A stretch of 64,000 nt of DNA from a virus. The notes below the pieces were generated by a model. That model ran no database searches. It had not been told where the DNA came from and saw only the letters and a program-made list of their open reading frames with translations. How positions within the stretch are numbered: position 1 is the stretch's first letter; each line of letters opens with the position of its first letter. The stretch is from IMG/VR virus record IMGVR_UViG_3300023213_000095. One strand, 5' to 3'. A program made the translations under genes and the position numbers. Shown here piece after piece: positions 28,492-38,402 of this stretch.

Positions 28492-29055
28492 TCAGGCCAC
28501 GAAGAGTGAGCCACCCTGTGGAGTGGCCTGCTTGACGCGAAACGAAGGAGCCTTGGACCCACCCACAATATCTTGGCGGGTCTTCGGGATATACATGTGC
28601 GAACGGGTGCCGAGATTTTTGTTATACATGCCCCAGGCATCCTTGGCGAGATAGTTGAGCATCTCGTCGGTCTTGGCACGCTTCAGAAGCTCATTCTTCT
28701 GTTCCTGCTGCTCCACAGCCTCGATGGCCTTGTCAGCCCCGCCCATTCGGTGGGGAGCCCTACGCTCCAGTTCAAGGAAGATATAGGGGTCGGCCCACTC
28801 GATAGTGGGGATGATGGAGGTGACAGGAATCAGCCCATAGCTGGCTAACATTTTAGTATCACTCTCTTTGAAGAGTGATTCATTCACCATCTTGTCAGGC
28901 AGCTTGAGCGGGCGTCGTTGTGCCAGCCGATAGACACACGTCTGGCGACTGGGGATGATAACAAGCGACGAATCGAACTCCCATAACTTCTTCAGGAACC
29001 ATGCAGGTGGTCCTGCAAGAGCGAATCGGTTTAAGTCGGGGAGATAGTTGGTCAC
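28492..29055 (-). CDS. head-tail joining-region protein
   Basis: It is 187 aa and lies downstream of the coat gene. Confidence 0.5.
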   Translation of the reverse strand: MTNYLPDLNRFALAGPPAWFLKKLWEFDSSLVIIPSRQTCVYRLAQRRPLKLPDKMVNESLFKESDTKMLASYGLIPVTSIIPTIEWADPYIFLELERRAPHRMGGADKAIEAVEQQEQKNELLKRAKTDEMLNYLAKDAWGMYNKNLGTRSHMYIPKTRQDIVGGSKAPSFRVKQATPQGGSLFVA

Positions 29056-29057
29056 GA

Positions 29058-29552
29058 CTAGCGACCACCAAAGCCGCTACCACCACCCACGTTGCCGGGG
29101 TCGGTATCAGCTTTTACCTTGTTCTCACCAAAGGTGCCGAGATAGCGGCCCTCGGTTGAGTAGCCCTTGCCCGGAAGTGCGACAATGACACCCTGGCCAA
29201 GCCGTGCTCCAGAGAAGTCAAAGCGCTCCGTGGCCTTGCTCCACTCTATGGGGGAGGCATCATGGTTGTAGTCTTCCTCTCCAACAATGGCCACATAGCT
29301 GTCCTGCCCACCAAACTCATCCTCAGAACCAAAGATGGGGTTCTGATTCCGAGCGGCTAGGGCTAACTGTTCATGCATCGGGCCAGTCTCCTCGTTGGGC
29401 TTGATCTCGTAGTGACGGCCCATCCAAGTAAACCTGAGCAGCTTGTTGGTGCGATTGACGACTTTGACGTAACGACCCGGCGATCCGATAACTACGTCCA
29501 TGTAGAGGCTCCTTGAAAAGATTGGGGTGTGGCCCCACCAAAGCAGAGCCAC
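29058..29552 (-). CDS. head-tail joining-region protein
   Basis: It is 164 aa and lies downstream of the coat gene. Confidence 0.5.
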   Translation of the reverse strand: MALLWWGHTPIFSRSLYMDVVIGSPGRYVKVVNRTNKLLRFTWMGRHYEIKPNEETGPMHEQLALAARNQNPIFGSEDEFGGQDSYVAIVGEEDYNHDASPIEWSKATERFDFSGARLGQGVIVALPGKGYSTEGRYLGTFGENKVKADTDPGNVGGGSGFGGR

Positions 29553-29576
29553 AACCCAAACAAGCGATAACGATTT

Positions 29577-30878
29577 TTACGAACCTGCCGCGCGAACGAC
29601 CACAAGGCTCTGACCGGTGATCCCATCATTGCGGGCGCAGAATGCCGGGTACTCCAAGAAGTACTGCTTACGCATTCTATACCACGCCTGGAAGGCGTCA
29701 CGGCCCGTGCCCGTTGTCAGGTCGCGGATGAGCACCGAACCATCCTCGTCCACCCACTTCCCAGGCTCCGAGACATACTCTCTAAAGCCCGCGTTGTTGA
29801 GGTCGAGATACATCAGGACATCGAGGGGGAAGTCACGAAGCGCTCGAATGGGCACGTCCCCGAACGGCACGTCGCCCTGTTTGAATGCCACAGTTCCCGG
29901 CTCGGGCCTGAGGAGGCTCGCGCCCATATACCGACGGTCTGCGTCTGTCAGCTGGATGATCAGTCGCCGTGTGGAGTGATGAGCCAGAATGTTGCTCACC
30001 TTTCCATTCAGCTTCTGGTCAACGATATCCGACGTACGCTGGATGATGTCAGTAGAGAGAGCACCCGTCGAAGCCGTCACGTAGCTGTTGTACGCAGGAA
30101 CCTGCGAACGGTCCAGCCCAAAGTACGGGTTTCGATAGGTTCCATCGTCCACGAGCGCCATCAGACCCCACCAAGCCTTCTCGTACGAAGTGTCGAGAAT
30201 GTCAGTGACAGTGCTATTGGCTACCTGAACGAGGTAGTCGCTGGCTGTCCAACCGGTGAACACAGACGTGTCAGCCGTCCATGAACCTCCGCCAGACGCC
30301 ACCGCCGTCACCTTACGAATCGAGGTGCGGAGGTTACCAGTCTGCGGGTCAACCGCTCCGATGAACATTCCAACGGAGAAGAATCGGTTGCCGAAGTTGG
30401 TATTGGTGATGTTGGCCGGGTTCTGCACGTTGACAGTCGTGCCGCTGTTCGACGTGAAGGTCGCCAGCACGCCACGTCCCTCCGAGTTGAGTGCATACTC
30501 ATCCCGGCGAGCCATGTCATCGATGAGGTACTGCATCTCGCTCTTACGAGCACTGATGAATGCACCTTCCGACGCCGTGGAGTCCTGCATGACTTCCCAC
30601 GTCATTCGCAGACGCGACATCAGCTTGCGCTGGTCGATCTTCAGCCGGGAATAACCCTGCTGACCTGCATCCGCGAAGTTGGAGTCCTCACCGACGAACA
30701 TCGGCGAGACGTTACGGCTGGTGTGGGCCAACCGAACGATTTCGAGACCCCGGAACGGTACACGTTCGGTCTTAATCATGTCCCGAAGGGGGTTCTTGTT
30801 GTTGACGCCCTCTGCCACACCTTCCTCAAAGACTTCCTTGAAGATGGCATCGAGCGCCTGTTTATCTGCACCTGCCAT
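29577..30878 (-). CDS. major capsid (coat) protein, P22-coat-like size and position
   Basis: It is 433 aa and lies immediately downstream of the scaffold-like and portal genes. The placement is inferred from gene order and size rather than from a diagnostic motif. Confidence 0.65.
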   Translation of the reverse strand: MAGADKQALDAIFKEVFEEGVAEGVNNKNPLRDMIKTERVPFRGLEIVRLAHTSRNVSPMFVGEDSNFADAGQQGYSRLKIDQRKLMSRLRMTWEVMQDSTASEGAFISARKSEMQYLIDDMARRDEYALNSEGRGVLATFTSNSGTTVNVQNPANITNTNFGNRFFSVGMFIGAVDPQTGNLRTSIRKVTAVASGGGSWTADTSVFTGWTASDYLVQVANSTVTDILDTSYEKAWWGLMALVDDGTYRNPYFGLDRSQVPAYNSYVTASTGALSTDIIQRTSDIVDQKLNGKVSNILAHHSTRRLIIQLTDADRRYMGASLLRPEPGTVAFKQGDVPFGDVPIRALRDFPLDVLMYLDLNNAGFREYVSEPGKWVDEDGSVLIRDLTTGTGRDAFQAWYRMRKQYFLEYPAFCARNDGITGQSLVVVRAAGS

Positions 30879-30909
30879 GAGAGTTAACCTCTAGCGGCAG
30901 CCATTAAGG

Positions 30910-31758
30910 CTAGCCGCGCTGCGTTTGGAATTGTGCCCACGCCGCAGCTGCACGCTCATCCAGGTCCTTGGGCTTCGGCGGCTGGGCGACCCCAGGAATA
31001 GCCCCACCCGCGACGTTGGGTAGTTGCTGAACCTGTGCGGTGCGACCCTGAACCGTTGCAGCGGCAGAGCGCTGGGCGGGAGCGATGAATGCTGGCGCGA
31101 ACGACTGTTTGAACCACTCATCGGCGAACGAGGGATCTTCGGCATAACGCCTCTGCAGCTCCGGAGAGCTTGCTACCAGATTGGTGAACGCACCATGGAT
31201 GATAGCCTTGGCCTCATTACTGAGGGGGCCACCAAGTTCCTTCTCTGCCTGTGAGTAGAGTCGGTCCATGGTCTGTCTACCATATGTAAGCCACTGATGG
31301 CTAGTTGCGGCGTCGAAGTCTCCTGCTCGATCAACGAGACCCAAAAGATCCTGTGCCCGCTCTTCCAGTTCCATCAGCTTCGGAAAGAGCTGACCAAACT
31401 GGTCACGGACAGCAGCAATTTCGGGATTCTGCTGGGGCTGTGCCCCAACCAGGGCCTGAAGCTGTTGCCTAAGCTGCTGAACTTCGCCAGCGGAGTTTCG
31501 CTGATACTCGGCCAGTTGTTCTCTATACTTGCGTTCGAGCTGCTCACCACGCTCGCGGAGTCGGTAGCTGGGTACGTAGCCTTCGGGGATACCTGGTGCC
31601 TGTGTCGCTGAGGCTTGCGGTGCAGAAGGTGTCGCAGTCTGCGCTGCGGGTGCCCCCGATGTCGCTGGGGACGAAGCGGGTGCAGCTGAGGGTATCACCG
31701 GAGCTGCGGACGGCGCTGGAGCTGAAGCGGTCGGTGTGGCGGTTGCGGTGTCGGACAT
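30910..31758 (-). CDS. scaffolding protein
   Basis: It is 282 aa. It has a Pro/Ala/Ser-rich N-terminus followed by a Gln/Glu/Arg-rich coiled-coil region. It lies between the portal and coat genes. Confidence 0.55.
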   Translation of the reverse strand: MSDTATATPTASAPAPSAAPVIPSAAPASSPATSGAPAAQTATPSAPQASATQAPGIPEGYVPSYRLRERGEQLERKYREQLAEYQRNSAGEVQQLRQQLQALVGAQPQQNPEIAAVRDQFGQLFPKLMELEERAQDLLGLVDRAGDFDAATSHQWLTYGRQTMDRLYSQAEKELGGPLSNEAKAIIHGAFTNLVASSPELQRRYAEDPSFADEWFKQSFAPAFIAPAQRSAAATVQGRTAQVQQLPNVAGGAIPGVAQPPKPKDLDERAAAAWAQFQTQRG

Positions 31759-31841
31759 GATGACTCACCTTTGGTGTCGCGGTCAGTTCCGCGTTGAGTT
31801 GCCCCCTCCAACGCGAGGGAGCGGGTTATGACTACTTATGA

Positions 31842-34139
31842 CTACATAGGACCAGGAGTCGGTCCCATTGGTGCGTTGCCGTGGGGGATGTTCATACCTT
31901 TGCCAGCTTTATTGGCGTTTCTCATGGCCTGGCCACCACCGGGAGCACTCGGACCAGTTGGAGCTGGGCCGGGGGGTCCTGGAGGGCCACCTGGGCCACC
32001 TGGCATGGGCGGTGGCTGGAGCATCATCTGTAGTTGGGCCATGTGCTGGGTGATAATCTGCTCTAAGTCGGGCCTACCCGTAATGAGAGTCCGCATCCGG
32101 TCAGTGTTGAGCCACTTTATACGCTCACCGAGATGGATTTGGAGGTTATACCAGGGCTTCACATCGAGCGGGGGTGGTCCCTGGGGAGCCTTTGCCCATT
32201 GCTCAAAGGCATCCTGCATCTGTAGGGCAGCTTGGACATGTGCGTCGAGAGAGGGAGCCAGGTCCGATAGTCCAAACTGCTGGAGAAGGGTATATCGCTG
32301 TTCTGGGTCCTGGGGATTGAGGAGCTGGAGCTGGTTGGCCTGCTCGATGGCTGCCCGTTTGCCCAGTGCCGTCTTTGGCATGTTGCTACCGTCTTCAATA
32401 GTGATGCTCACCACCCCCTGGAGCTGGGCGTTTGTGAACTGACGGAAGGTATAGCCTCGGTTAGGCGAGAGAACGGTGTAGGTGCGCTGCTCAGGACCGA
32501 ACTGACGCTCAAGCTCTAGAGCTGTGGTGGCCCACTGGCGATACATTTCACCACGGGCCTGGAACACCGATGTGAATCGGCTCTGAGAACGCTCAACCAG
32601 AAGCTGGAGGGCACTGAAGGCTTCAACTCCGGTCGGTTTCTGGCCCTTGATGATATCAAAGGCCCCTGAAAGGTCCTCGATGTCCTTGAGGTATTGCTCT
32701 CGTAGTGCAAAGAGAGATTGCTGAATCTCGGTGCCCTGAATACGCTCAGGTTTGCCTTGTCCCTGTGCAGCAAGGACATTCCACTTGATGATTATACCAG
32801 GCTCACCCGTAATGTTCTCAACCCCAGCGTTCTCAGGGATAATCCAGGTCGGGTTGGCCGTGCGCTGAATGATGAGCTGAATCAGGGAGTCGAGCTGGTT
32901 GATCTGGTCCTGTTTCTGAATCAGGGGACTGAGGGCACTGCGACCATAAATACGGCCCCCAAGATGCTCATACTGGCCATGGTGATAGGGGAAGAGAGGG
33001 TTGCCATCCACATCCTTGTAGGGAATGGGGCCGGGAATACCTTCGTCTTCTGCGTGCATCATGACGGGGTTGGTATCCCCCGCCACCCGCATCAGGAAGC
33101 CTTGTGGGAACTCTTTGGTTGGTTTGAGCCAGAGTTCATACTCTGTGACTCCTTCAACTGTATGAGCGCCTGCCGCACCGAGATAGGCAAACTGAGAACC
33201 TGTTCCAACGTCATTAGTAAGTGCCAGAGATTTGAAAATTTGTAGTGAACGATCGCTAGGAGACTTCTCCCACTGGAGCTGGCCAATCATCTCCGGGTGG
33301 TTGGCCTCGTAATAATGTTTATCACGCCACCGTAGCCTGATAATATAGGGAAGATCATCCCAACGTGTGACGTTTGGAGGGATGGCATATTCAAAGGGAC
33401 TCAGGGCTTCAGTTTTGCCTCGACCGAAGGCGGTCCAGTCTCCACCCGGCTGGCCATTCTGCTGTATGGCCTTCTGGAACTGCATGCCACCACAATTGGG
33501 GCAATGCTGATTGGCAGAAATGATTTCCTTCGGGCTCAGGACCTGTTGGCAACTCTGGCACTGCTCAAAGGGTACAAACACCCGATTGAAGCGCTTGTCC
33601 TTCTCCCACGAGGTGAATAGACAGGCATTTCCGGTGGTAATCATCCAGAAATCTGCCTCCCGCATCACCTGATCCATCATGTGCTCTTCATGGATGAGGG
33701 GGAGGGCGTTATCGGCTACCTCAGCAGTGGCAATAGAGCTGGGCTCATTCCCAATGGGACGAGCCTTGGCTACCAGGTTGATAGCCCCAAGATTGGTGCG
33801 GATGGCCTGGGTGACTTCTGCCATCTTGTTGGTGACTGGGCGGGGCACCCACTTCTGGAGCCGCTTGTCAATCCACTCCCGGCGGGTCGGGTGGAAGGTA
33901 ATCCACTGGCGATTAGCAACATAGAAGAGGTCCCGAAGCCATTCACGTTCCCAAATCCATCGATATTCTGTAGATTCCCGCTTCAGGATGTTGAACATAT
34001 CCAGGAGTCGGGCATCATCGTATTGACCACCCAGGGCTGGAGCCTGGGCCGTCTGCATTGGGTCAGGAGATGTGAATGGGCCACCTCCCCCATGAACTGG
34101 GGAAGGGGTGACACCCATTGTTGGAGCGGGGAAGGCCAT
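31842..34139 (-). CDS. portal protein (large, P22-portal-like length)
   Basis: It is 765 aa and directly follows the terminase region. The C-terminal tail is Gly/Pro-rich. Confidence 0.65.
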   Translation of the reverse strand: MAFPAPTMGVTPSPVHGGGGPFTSPDPMQTAQAPALGGQYDDARLLDMFNILKRESTEYRWIWEREWLRDLFYVANRQWITFHPTRREWIDKRLQKWVPRPVTNKMAEVTQAIRTNLGAINLVAKARPIGNEPSSIATAEVADNALPLIHEEHMMDQVMREADFWMITTGNACLFTSWEKDKRFNRVFVPFEQCQSCQQVLSPKEIISANQHCPNCGGMQFQKAIQQNGQPGGDWTAFGRGKTEALSPFEYAIPPNVTRWDDLPYIIRLRWRDKHYYEANHPEMIGQLQWEKSPSDRSLQIFKSLALTNDVGTGSQFAYLGAAGAHTVEGVTEYELWLKPTKEFPQGFLMRVAGDTNPVMMHAEDEGIPGPIPYKDVDGNPLFPYHHGQYEHLGGRIYGRSALSPLIQKQDQINQLDSLIQLIIQRTANPTWIIPENAGVENITGEPGIIIKWNVLAAQGQGKPERIQGTEIQQSLFALREQYLKDIEDLSGAFDIIKGQKPTGVEAFSALQLLVERSQSRFTSVFQARGEMYRQWATTALELERQFGPEQRTYTVLSPNRGYTFRQFTNAQLQGVVSITIEDGSNMPKTALGKRAAIEQANQLQLLNPQDPEQRYTLLQQFGLSDLAPSLDAHVQAALQMQDAFEQWAKAPQGPPPLDVKPWYNLQIHLGERIKWLNTDRMRTLITGRPDLEQIITQHMAQLQMMLQPPPMPGGPGGPPGPPGPAPTGPSAPGGGQAMRNANKAGKGMNIPHGNAPMGPTPGPM

Positions 34140-34143
34140 TTAG

Positions 34144-34530
34144 TTACTGGAGCCCAAGATTCTTGGCGTTGTCATCACCAACATCGTTGAAGAGGTCGGA
34201 GGTGAGCTGGAGCACACTGCGTGGGTCGGCCTGGCGAACAATCTCAGGGACTGGCACCTTGATACCGTAGAGCTTCTCCAGGTATTGGGCACGCTCGGCT
34301 TCTAGCACATTCACCCGCTGACGGAGCCAGTCGAAATGGTTCTGGTTAACCAAGGCCTGGACCTTAAGGCCGTCACGTTCAGTCTTGAGGACTTCAACCT
34401 CGGTGCGGAGGCGGTTGATAAGTTCGACGTTGACGGTGAAGATATCGAGGACTTTATCGGTGATCCACATTATCGGATGACCCCCCAACGATAGAGAAAG
34501 CACTTTACATTGAACTTCACTCGTGTCCAC
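34144..34530 (-). CDS. coiled-coil hypothetical protein
   Basis: It is 128 aa and lies between the terminase and portal genes. Confidence 0.45.
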   Translation of the reverse strand: MDTSEVQCKVLSLSLGGHPIMWITDKVLDIFTVNVELINRLRTEVEVLKTERDGLKVQALVNQNHFDWLRQRVNVLEAERAQYLEKLYGIKVPVPEIVRQADPRSVLQLTSDLFNDVGDDNAKNLGLQ

Positions 34531-34868
34531 CGATCTTCTGGCTTAAGGAAGTTTACATTGTGTTTGGCAAGGGTTTTATATCCGGCAAGGATCTGAGCAT
34601 CCCAGTTGACCTTTGAGATTGGATGCCAGTTGTCCATAACAACCTGAATAGGTCTAATGGATTGATAGGGTTTTGAGGTATCAACCGGACTTGTTACAAC
34701 TTCACCATCTACAATATGCTTGAGAGGCTCATTCCACAGATCCTGAATGGTCCGCTTTCTTGGCTCAAATGCCAGTTCTGAGCAACTAGGATCTACTGTA
34801 CACTTATACTCATTCCCACTCGGAAACCGTAGCGTGTAGTTATAGGACTGTGGCATTACTTTCTCCAA
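34470..34868 (-). CDS. hypothetical protein
   Basis: It is 132 aa. Confidence 0.4.
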   Translation of the reverse strand: MEKVMPQSYNYTLRFPSGNEYKCTVDPSCSELAFEPRKRTIQDLWNEPLKHIVDGEVVTSPVDTSKPYQSIRPIQVVMDNWHPISKVNWDAQILAGYKTLAKHNVNFLKPEDRWTRVKFNVKCFLYRWGVIR

Positions 34869-35089
34869 TCACGAATGTGTCCGATGATTTGTCCAACCTC
34901 GAAGGCGATGAGTCCAGTATAGACGAGGATGTTGCGTTTCTTGCCTGCCATGACATTGTAAGCCACAATGGGCAGGAGGCAACCGAGCAGGAGTCCATGA
35001 CAAACCCCCTTGAGGAGTTCGTCATCGACAATGGGTTTAGGTCCAGAAGATCTGGAGTCCTGTGACCGTTCCGGCGACATTGAGGACAA
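34856..35089 (-). CDS. small membrane protein
   Basis: It has a TM helix (GLLLGCLLPIVAYNVMAG). Its start overlaps the upstream ORF, so the true start may be internal. Confidence 0.3.
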   Translation of the reverse strand: MSSMSPERSQDSRSSGPKPIVDDELLKGVCHGLLLGCLLPIVAYNVMAGKKRNILVYTGLIAFEVGQIIGHIRDWRK

Positions 35090-35393
35090 AGTTCACAACG
35101 CTGGAGTCCAGCGCAATAGTTGTCGGGTCGGTCTTGTGAATGGTCACTCCGGTATCGCCGTTCACCCCTTTGAGGATAAGAGCCTGGGTGTTCCCAGCTG
35201 GCGGGACGATTGTGGCGGCAGTCGGGGTCGTGCCACCAGTGGGCACAGTTACCGTGTTGTTCCCGGCTCCGGTGAAGGTGAAAATCTGAATCTGGCCAGG
35301 GCTGGCAGTGTTGGAGGCCGCTGAGATGACCTCAGTGCCAACCACCCCACCACTATAGACCAGGGTAATCGTACGGGTTGCTGTTATTGCCAA
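35037..35393 (-). CDS. hypothetical Thr/Gly-rich protein
   Basis: It is 118 aa. It starts 10 nt inside the end of the large terminase gene. Confidence 0.45.
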   Translation of the reverse strand: MAITATRTITLVYSGGVVGTEVISAASNTASPGQIQIFTFTGAGNNTVTVPTGGTTPTAATIVPPAGNTQALILKGVNGDTGVTIHKTDPTTIALDSSVVNFVLNVAGTVTGLQIFWT

Positions 35394-36934
35394 AAGTCGT
35401 CTCCCAGTCTTGTGGAAATACCCTTACGGGCCTGTTCTCGTTCCAGCCACCGAGCCTCGGCGGCATCAAAATCATCCTCACCCATGCCCCGGGCGACCAG
35501 CTCAGCTTCTTTACCTTCCATACGAGCATCATGTCGGCGCATTAGCTCAATAGTGAAACGATAGTCGGCTGGAAGTTTGCTCAGGTCGCGGGTGGGCTTC
35601 TCTTCAGCAGGTTTAACCTTGGGAAGCACCGGCCATGTCATCAGGGCATAGCGGATGCAGTCAGGAAGTTCATCGTCCAGTTTGAAAACTCGCTCCTTGC
35701 GAAGCTGACCGTCACGCTGCTCATCATGTGCCCACCGATAGGCACTCATCTGCTCGATGGTGCGGGGGCAGCGACTGGCGACGAAGAAGAGCTGCTGGGA
35801 ATGAAGCCAGGACTTGACACGTTCAATCCCACTAACCACATCGTTCTCTGAGCCCTGACAGTAAATGTGGTGTTGAGCCAGCTCAATCATCCCTTGGCGT
35901 TCATTCTTGTTGCAAGCAAACTTGGCTTTCTCATTAGCTGCTAGACGCCGGAGATTGATGGCATGCTGGGTGAAGGATTTGTCCTGTTCGAGGTACTCTC
36001 CCACCACAACGAGCCCGTATTCGGTCGATACCAGCTTAACTGCTCCAAAAGGATGCTTTGCTCCCGTATCGATTCCCACGATAACCTGGCGGGTGGGGTT
36101 GATGTCTGGCCATTCGGGGATGATTCGTTTGACGGCCAGGTCATTCCTGAGAATCTGTGACTCGATGAGTCCTGCAAAGACTGCACCCTCGAAGATTACG
36201 AAGTCGGCCTCGTATTCCTGCCGGTACATTCCCTCGGACATCGTGGCCTGGGCTTCAGCCAGCTCAGAGGACTTGATAATAGGGTTGTCCTTGGTAGCAT
36301 AGCGGGTTGCCCAGTAGCCAGGGAATCTTTCGAGAGCCCGTTTATAGAGTTCTCTATATACCCAATCATAACCGTGCGGGGAAGACGTGAAGAAGGCCAC
36401 TCCCTCATGCTCGGTGAGGGAGGGACGAATGACTTCCCAGTGCTCCAGGGTCAGTTCACAAACCTCATCAATCCAGAGCCAATGAAGTCCTTGACCACGG
36501 CCTTGATCCGGCTTCTCCAGGGTCTGGAAGTGAATGAGGCTTCCATTTTTAAGCCATAGATCGTTGTGTTCGACGTTCCAGTTACGCACCCAGTCTGGGG
36601 GGATAAGCTGCTGGAAGGCTCGGATGTCATAACGATGGAGTTTATCATTGGTGGGAGCGCAGACCCAACCAACAGTATTAGGAACTAGGGCTTCTTTGAC
36701 TGCTGCAATGGCCCCTGCTCGTGTCTTGCCACCACGGCGCCCACTGAGTAGGGTGAGTCGATGAAACTGTCGATTTCCCTTGACAAAGCAGGTTGGGCAA
36801 ACAAGGTTTTCAGGGCTAATGAACTTCTGTTGGCACTTCGGGCAAAGGCGGGTTTGTAGAGCTTCCCAGAATTTGGTCTGATAGTAATGTTCCTGAAGTG
36901 GATGGTCGGGTAGAATGGGTAGCCACTTGGCCAT
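35384..36934 (-). CDS. terL: terminase large subunit
   Basis: The Walker A motif is LSGRRGGKTRAG. An N-terminal zinc ribbon (CPKCQQKF ... CPTC) is present. It is 516 aa and lies upstream of the portal gene. Confidence 0.8.
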   Translation of the reverse strand: MAKWLPILPDHPLQEHYYQTKFWEALQTRLCPKCQQKFISPENLVCPTCFVKGNRQFHRLTLLSGRRGGKTRAGAIAAVKEALVPNTVGWVCAPTNDKLHRYDIRAFQQLIPPDWVRNWNVEHNDLWLKNGSLIHFQTLEKPDQGRGQGLHWLWIDEVCELTLEHWEVIRPSLTEHEGVAFFTSSPHGYDWVYRELYKRALERFPGYWATRYATKDNPIIKSSELAEAQATMSEGMYRQEYEADFVIFEGAVFAGLIESQILRNDLAVKRIIPEWPDINPTRQVIVGIDTGAKHPFGAVKLVSTEYGLVVVGEYLEQDKSFTQHAINLRRLAANEKAKFACNKNERQGMIELAQHHIYCQGSENDVVSGIERVKSWLHSQQLFFVASRCPRTIEQMSAYRWAHDEQRDGQLRKERVFKLDDELPDCIRYALMTWPVLPKVKPAEEKPTRDLSKLPADYRFTIELMRRHDARMEGKEAELVARGMGEDDFDAAEARWLEREQARKGISTRLGDDFWQ

Positions 36935-37242
36935 TAGAGAAATGTCGCCTCAACCATACGTGGGCTTGCTGAAGTCGATTTCACATAAGCTGCTGTCGAG
37001 CCACTCGGGAGAATCTTACCAAGAATCCACGACCGGGCGACAGGAGCTGTAGTCAGCTGCCACTGATAACCAACCTTCACTGTCGTCTGCAGACCACTTG
37101 CAGGGTCATGGGTGACCAAAAGGTCATCGGGACCATTTAGGTTGTTGATAATGAACGTGTCAGCCCCACCAGAGGGAACGATCAATTGTGACCAACCTGA
37201 CGCATTAGCAGTAACATTAATAATGATGAAGGGAGCAGCCAT
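36934..37242 (-). CDS. hypothetical beta-rich protein
   Basis: It is 102 aa and ATG-coupled to terL. It has no HTH, so a small-terminase role is unlikely. Confidence 0.45.
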   Translation of the reverse strand: MAAPFIIINVTANASGWSQLIVPSGGADTFIINNLNGPDDLLVTHDPASGLQTTVKVGYQWQLTTAPVARSWILGKILPSGSTAAYVKSTSASPRMVEATFL

Positions 37243-37263
37243 GCTTACCTAACCGGAACCGAA

Positions 37264-37968
37264 TTAACACGCCAGAACTCCCACAAGGGTCCCTGTGCAC
37301 GCCGCTGGAAAGATGCCAATCGTATCGATGATGAACTTCTGGGATGCTGCTCCACAGGTCCAAGAGGTTGTGCCTTGTGCCCCCAGTGCGGCCTGGAGCA
37401 CGTAATTAGTCTGACCCTGGACGAGATTAATGCTTAATTGTGAGCCTGCCAGATTGGTTGTTGGTGTGGAGGTAGCAGCCGAGCCACATCCAGATAAAGT
37501 GACTGTATACACGATCATATCAGGCTGGGTTGTGGTGATGTTATTACCAGTCCATGGCGGAGCAGCGCTTCCTGAACTCGTGCTACTGAGGTCAATCACC
37601 GATGTTAGATTTGAGGTGCATGTTTTGAAGGTGGCAATATTGACGGTGAAGTTCTGTGTCCCTGACCATGACCAACTCCCACTGGGACTTGCATTACCCA
37701 TCACAGTCCAATAGGAGGCCTCTGTCAGGCCACTCATCTTTTTGGCTGCAATCTGTGTCCACCGAGCCGGGGGAGTGATTGTCACCGATGCCGAGATGCC
37801 CAGCGAGGCAATCTCGATATCCCCATCATTGGCACCCATTGCATCGAAGTCGGCTGCTGAGGAGCCACCATTGGAGCCCCGTCCATCAAACACATTGAAG
37901 GTGCAAGAAGCTGTACAGGGCCGAGCAAGACTGAGTATCAGTGCGAACGTGGCTAGAAGCTTGACCAC
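37264..37968 (-). CDS. secreted Ser/Thr/Gly-rich protein
   Basis: The start was refined to GTG at 37968, which gives a signal-peptide-like N-terminus (VVKLLATFALILSLARPCTA). The Arg/Trp-rich N-terminal extension in the track is judged spurious. Confidence 0.4.
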   Translation of the reverse strand: MVKLLATFALILSLARPCTASCTFNVFDGRGSNGGSSAADFDAMGANDGDIEIASLGISASVTITPPARWTQIAAKKMSGLTEASYWTVMGNASPSGSWSWSGTQNFTVNIATFKTCTSNLTSVIDLSSTSSGSAAPPWTGNNITTTQPDMIVYTVTLSGCGSAATSTPTTNLAGSQLSINLVQGQTNYVLQAALGAQGTTSWTCGAASQKFIIDTIGIFPAACTGTLVGVLAC

Positions 37969-38402
37969 ACAATCAGCCCAGAAACTTGACCATTGGAACT
38001 GGTTAGGATGCACACATTGTCGGCGGCTGTCGCTGTGCGTCGAAGCACATTGACTCCGTTCCCTGTAGCGATGCCTCCATTGGAACCAAAGTTCCAACCG
38101 GTTGCGGCTGTCGATCCCCCAAATACCCCGGCTGTTCCCGTACCACACGTTGATCCGGTTCCCTCAACAATCGCGAGATTGGTTGGCTTGGAGACGACCA
38201 AATTCACATGACAGATATAAATCTTTTGGCTGGCTATACCGCTGATAATCTGAGTGTTGGTTGTCAGGCTGATATTGGTATAGTTAGTCTGATTTACACT
38301 CGCCCCAGCACATCCAGTGGGACTGTTGACGTTCTGGGCTGCAACCGGCCTGGCACACAGGATGAACAGTGTAGCTAGGACAAGCCTTTTACTGATAGCC
38401 AT
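37953..38402 (-). CDS. secreted Gly/Thr/Asn-rich protein
   Basis: It has a signal peptide (MAISKRLVLATLFILCARPVAAQ). It is 149 aa. Confidence 0.5.
   Translation of the reverse strand: MAISKRLVLATLFILCARPVAAQNVNSPTGCAGASVNQTNYTNISLTTNTQIISGIASQKIYICHVNLVVSKPTNLAIVEGTGSTCGTGTAGVFGGSTAATGWNFGSNGGIATGNGVNVLRRTATAADNVCILTSSNGQVSGLIVWSSF

Noticed and set aside
29617-30654. Plus-strand ORFs inside the coat gene
   Set aside because: They are antisense to the 433-aa coat gene. Their products are Arg/Ser-rich artefacts.
31828-33245. Plus-strand ORFs (204 aa, 175 aa) within the portal gene
   Set aside because: They are antisense shadow ORFs inside the 765-aa portal gene.
36934-37242. 102-aa gene directly upstream of terL as the small terminase subunit
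   Set aside because: The product is beta-rich with no HTH or oligomerisation-helix pattern. The HTH/AT-hook protein at 43437..44168 is a better, though still unproven, TerS candidate.
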